64,000 nt of DNA from Fibrobacteria bacterium (lineage in GTDB: Bacteria > Fibrobacterota > Fibrobacteria > UBA11236 > JADFYW01), in NCBI GenBank assembly GCA_050294405.1, contig JBNKOC010000016.1, positions 96,001 through 160,000 of the forward strand, read 5' to 3'. The translations under genes and the position numbers were made by a program. Below are positions 61,482-64,000 of this stretch, one piece after another. The first letter of the stretch is position 1, and every line of letters starts with the position of its first letter. The notes beneath the pieces were generated by a model. The model was not told the origin of the DNA. It saw only the letters and a program-made list of their open reading frames with translations, and ran no database searches.

Positions 61482-61623
61482 GTTCAAACCACCAGACCAC
61501 GCCCATTGTCTGTTTAATAGAGCTGCCATGGAATGGATAGGTTTGAGTCTGGAGAGGGTTTGGCTGCGCCGGTAATGGAGAATGTCCATGAGGCCAAAGC
61601 CACAAACAACCTCAGCTTGGATA
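61482..61623 (+). repeat. Direct repeat copy 2 (degenerate remnant of dioxygenase 3' end)
   Basis: Alignable to 59288-59463 with internal deletions. The identical 29-mer is at 61551-61579. Confidence 0.9.
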
Positions 61624-61660
61624 GAGGTAGAAGGACATAGTGTTGATGTAATTTAAGGGG

Positions 61661-62737
61661 TCACTCCAATAAAATCTTCTTCTGGCTGATTTGATTAATT
61701 TGTTTTACTCTAAGGATATACATTCCAGTTTTAACAGAAGGAGAAATATTAACGCTATTTTTACCGGATCCTTTTGAAATTAATATTCCTTTTAAATCAA
61801 ACAAGGAATATTGGAATTCTCCAGAAACAAATATGCTGTAATTTTTATTAACAATTTGAGGCTCAGTATTGCTAAAAGGTGTTTTTATTTCCGTGCCAGT
61901 ACTATCCTCATTTTGTGCTTCAATAATTTCTAACATTTGGGCGGCGTATCTTCTGCCAAATTCCCGGTTGCCCTCAGAGTCAAAATGAAACTGATCTTTT
62001 CCTGTTAGGCCTTCCGCAGAAATTACATAGGAATTGGGAATAATATCAGGCACATCTGCGATTATAGAGTTGTGGCCACCTGTGGTACCCCCCTGATTTT
62101 CATATAAGAGTTCTCCAACTAAGAGTGGTGTTTTTTCGGCTTCTAGCTCCAGGTCTCTTATGTATTGATTATACACGCGTTTTACTTTTTCTGGCCAATC
62201 TCTATCTCCGTTATTCGATTCGCCTTGATGCAATAAAATGCCCTTGATAACTCCTGTATCCTGCGCTTTTTTCGCCATTTCTAAAATCCAGGCGTAGGCG
62301 CTTCCATTGTATTTACCAGGAACATAATTGTATGTATCATAACCATCAAAACCTTCATCGTTAAATAGGGCGATGTCACATCCGGGAATAGCCACAACGA
62401 TAATACCTACTTTTATAGAATCGGGGAGCTCTTCTGCCAGGGTTCTGCCAAAATAATCGCCAGGTCCGATTCCTCCGTTGCAACCTCCCCATAGAGGGGG
62501 AATAGCAGGGTACCATTCGCCAAATGTATGTCCCCGGCTCCCACAATCCATGGGTGCCATCATTTTAAATCGTGAGCTGACTTCGCGGTCCTGGCTCTCA
62601 ATACTCCCGGCTCCGGCCATATTGCTTTGTCCAAAGGCAAGATAAACATGAAAATTTGGATCCTGAGCGAATGGGAGGGAAACGGTAATAAGAAAAAGTA
62701 ATGCAACATGTTTTAAAAATTGGCTTGAGTCAATCAT
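61661..62737 (-). CDS. CE6/SASA acetyl-esterase with T9SS-type C-terminal domain
   Basis: FGQSNM, GILLHQGES, D..HF SGNH motifs. C-terminal 'LFDLKG...GMYILRV....KKI'. Confidence 0.88.
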   Translation of the reverse strand: MIDSSQFLKHVALLFLITVSLPFAQDPNFHVYLAFGQSNMAGAGSIESQDREVSSRFKMMAPMDCGSRGHTFGEWYPAIPPLWGGCNGGIGPGDYFGRTLAEELPDSIKVGIIVVAIPGCDIALFNDEGFDGYDTYNYVPGKYNGSAYAWILEMAKKAQDTGVIKGILLHQGESNNGDRDWPEKVKRVYNQYIRDLELEAEKTPLLVGELLYENQGGTTGGHNSIIADVPDIIPNSYVISAEGLTGKDQFHFDSEGNREFGRRYAAQMLEIIEAQNEDSTGTEIKTPFSNTEPQIVNKNYSIFVSGEFQYSLFDLKGILISKGSGKNSVNISPSVKTGMYILRVKQINQISQKKILLE

Positions 62738-62890
62738 AATTGGACCCTTCCCCAGGAATGGCTGAAGTTGGTAAAATGGAGCCCAAATCGCAAATAATTG
62801 CAATCCAAATTACTAAAATGGAATCCCCTTCCCGAATCCCTGTTAACCCTAATTTATTGCCAAAATTTTAAAAACACAAGCGATTTGTTT

Positions 62891-63097
62891 TTAACAGCCG
62901 CAGCCTCCGCCGGAAGAGGCCGCTCCCATTCCTTGAGCTCCCTCTTGTATGGACAAAATTTTTTCTTCCATTTGGATAGGTAGGGCGTCCTCATCAGTTT
63001 GCATAATGGGTTCTGCTAATTTGCCCCTAGCGTAAGGCGGGACTTTGGAGCAGTGAAGCAAAAAGAAAAATAAAAGCAGCAAGCATACATATTTCAT
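62891..63097 (-). CDS. DUF4266 family small lipoprotein
   Basis: Lipobox LLHC, V.PY.RG.LA.PIM, terminal GGGCGC. Confidence 0.88.
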   Translation of the reverse strand: MKYVCLLLLFFFLLHCSKVPPYARGKLAEPIMQTDEDALPIQMEEKILSIQEGAQGMGAASSGGGCGC

Positions 63098-63108
63098 ATT
63101 AAATCTCT

Positions 63109-63999
63109 TTAATAGTTAAAATAAACTCCTGTACGAAAAACCCAGGCCTCCAGGCCTTTTTTATCATAAAACTCAAATCTGCGTAACCTTATGTTAGCAT
63201 CCTTCGAAGTGCTTCGGGTATATTTTGAAATTTCAATTTCAAAACGCGATAAATAGATATCGAAGTCACGGGAGGAAATGCTTTTTTCAAAATTATTTAA
63301 CAATAAAACCAGGCGGAATTTTGCTAGCTGGGAATAAAAGGAAGAAAGTCCGGGGTCTACGGTATAGTAACTTAAATAGTCTTTATGTTCGGGGTTTAAG
63401 TTATAGTCAAAATAATTGTCCCGGTAAAAAAATGCAGCAGATTGATAGTAGTACCTGTATTGTAAATCCACAAAAAACTTACTGCTGATGTTTTGTTTTA
63501 GTATCCCTTTTGCAGAAACGGCCTGAATACCCCAGTTGTCGCTATATATAGAAGTTTCTAAGTGCACAGCGCCATCATGCCCATAGGTAGGATAACCTTG
63601 AATTATTTTTAAGCTTAAAGATTGAGCTATTTTTTCCTCAGGATAACTTTCCCAAATAAAGCTTCCCCCGGATTCTGCATCGTTATTTGAGCTTGATATC
63701 AGCACAGGGTAATAAACATTCCCTAACATCTTTTCATTGGAATTATCCCAACTTCCCCATTTGTTGGAGAGTATGAGGTTATAAGTAATTAGCCCTAAGC
63801 TGGAGGGAGATAGGGTTTGGGTGGCATTTGCTTTTATGTTATCAATATATCTTTTTCTTATTAGCCCGTTTCGAAAGCTTTCATCAATAGGTTCAAGTTT
63901 ATCTTGATATCGTGAATAATCCAAAGCAAGAGAAAGGTTTTTTTTGAATAAGTCTATTTTTCCCTGTGCTCCGGCATTGGTGGATTCGTAATCTGTTTC
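63109..63999 (-). CDS. DUF3570-like outer-membrane protein (5' end beyond window)
   Basis: The frame stays open to the window edge (ETDYESTNAG..LFKKNLSL). 'Y.D.WGI', 'YRYY.QSAA.FY'. Adjacent to DUF4266. Confidence 0.8.
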   Translation of the reverse strand, partial: ETDYESTNAGAQGKIDLFKKNLSLALDYSRYQDKLEPIDESFRNGLIRKRYIDNIKANATQTLSPSSLGLITYNLILSNKWGSWDNSNEKMLGNVYYPVLISSSNNDAESGGSFIWESYPEEKIAQSLSLKIIQGYPTYGHDGAVHLETSIYSDNWGIQAVSAKGILKQNISSKFFVDLQYRYYYQSAAFFYRDNYFDYNLNPEHKDYLSYYTVDPGLSSFYSQLAKFRLVLLLNNFEKSISSRDFDIYLSRFEIEISKYTRSTSKDANIRLRRFEFYDKKGLEAWVFRTGVYFNY

Positions 64000-64000
64000 T

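Overview
This is a gene-dense, AT-rich bacterial chromosome segment. It is most likely FCB group and probably Fibrobacterota, inferred from T9SS-like sorting domains, DUF5683 paralogues, CE1/CE6 esterases and SpoVG. Most of the window is core housekeeping: dapA (partial), two divergent phosphohexomutases, trmH-like/dxs/ispA, a 6S RNA downstream of zapB-zapA, the tRNA-Val-thrS-infC-rpmI-rplT-pheST cluster, bioD-bioF-(bioH-like)-bioC, uxs-coaX-nadC, a large class A PBP, tRNA-Ser-glnS-gltX, and rpsF-rpsR-DUF2232-rplI-dapB with an S6:S18-type leader. The unusual parts are: (i) a 1085-aa signal-less multi-catalytic peptidoglycan hydrolase (M15 + M23 + two PG-binding repeats + lysozyme-like C-terminus) followed by two candidate immunity genes; (ii) a WYL regulator fused into the gltX operon ahead of a secreted LRR protein; (iii) a sigma-54 promoter with a palindromic enhancer-like site driving spoVG-spoVG-comM; (iv) an accessory stretch after comM with a Tat-signal intradiol dioxygenase and CE1 and CE6 esterases, where a degenerate direct repeat flanks the CE1 gene. 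No CRISPR array, rRNA, transposase or integrase was seen. All family calls are from motif recognition by eye, not database searches.
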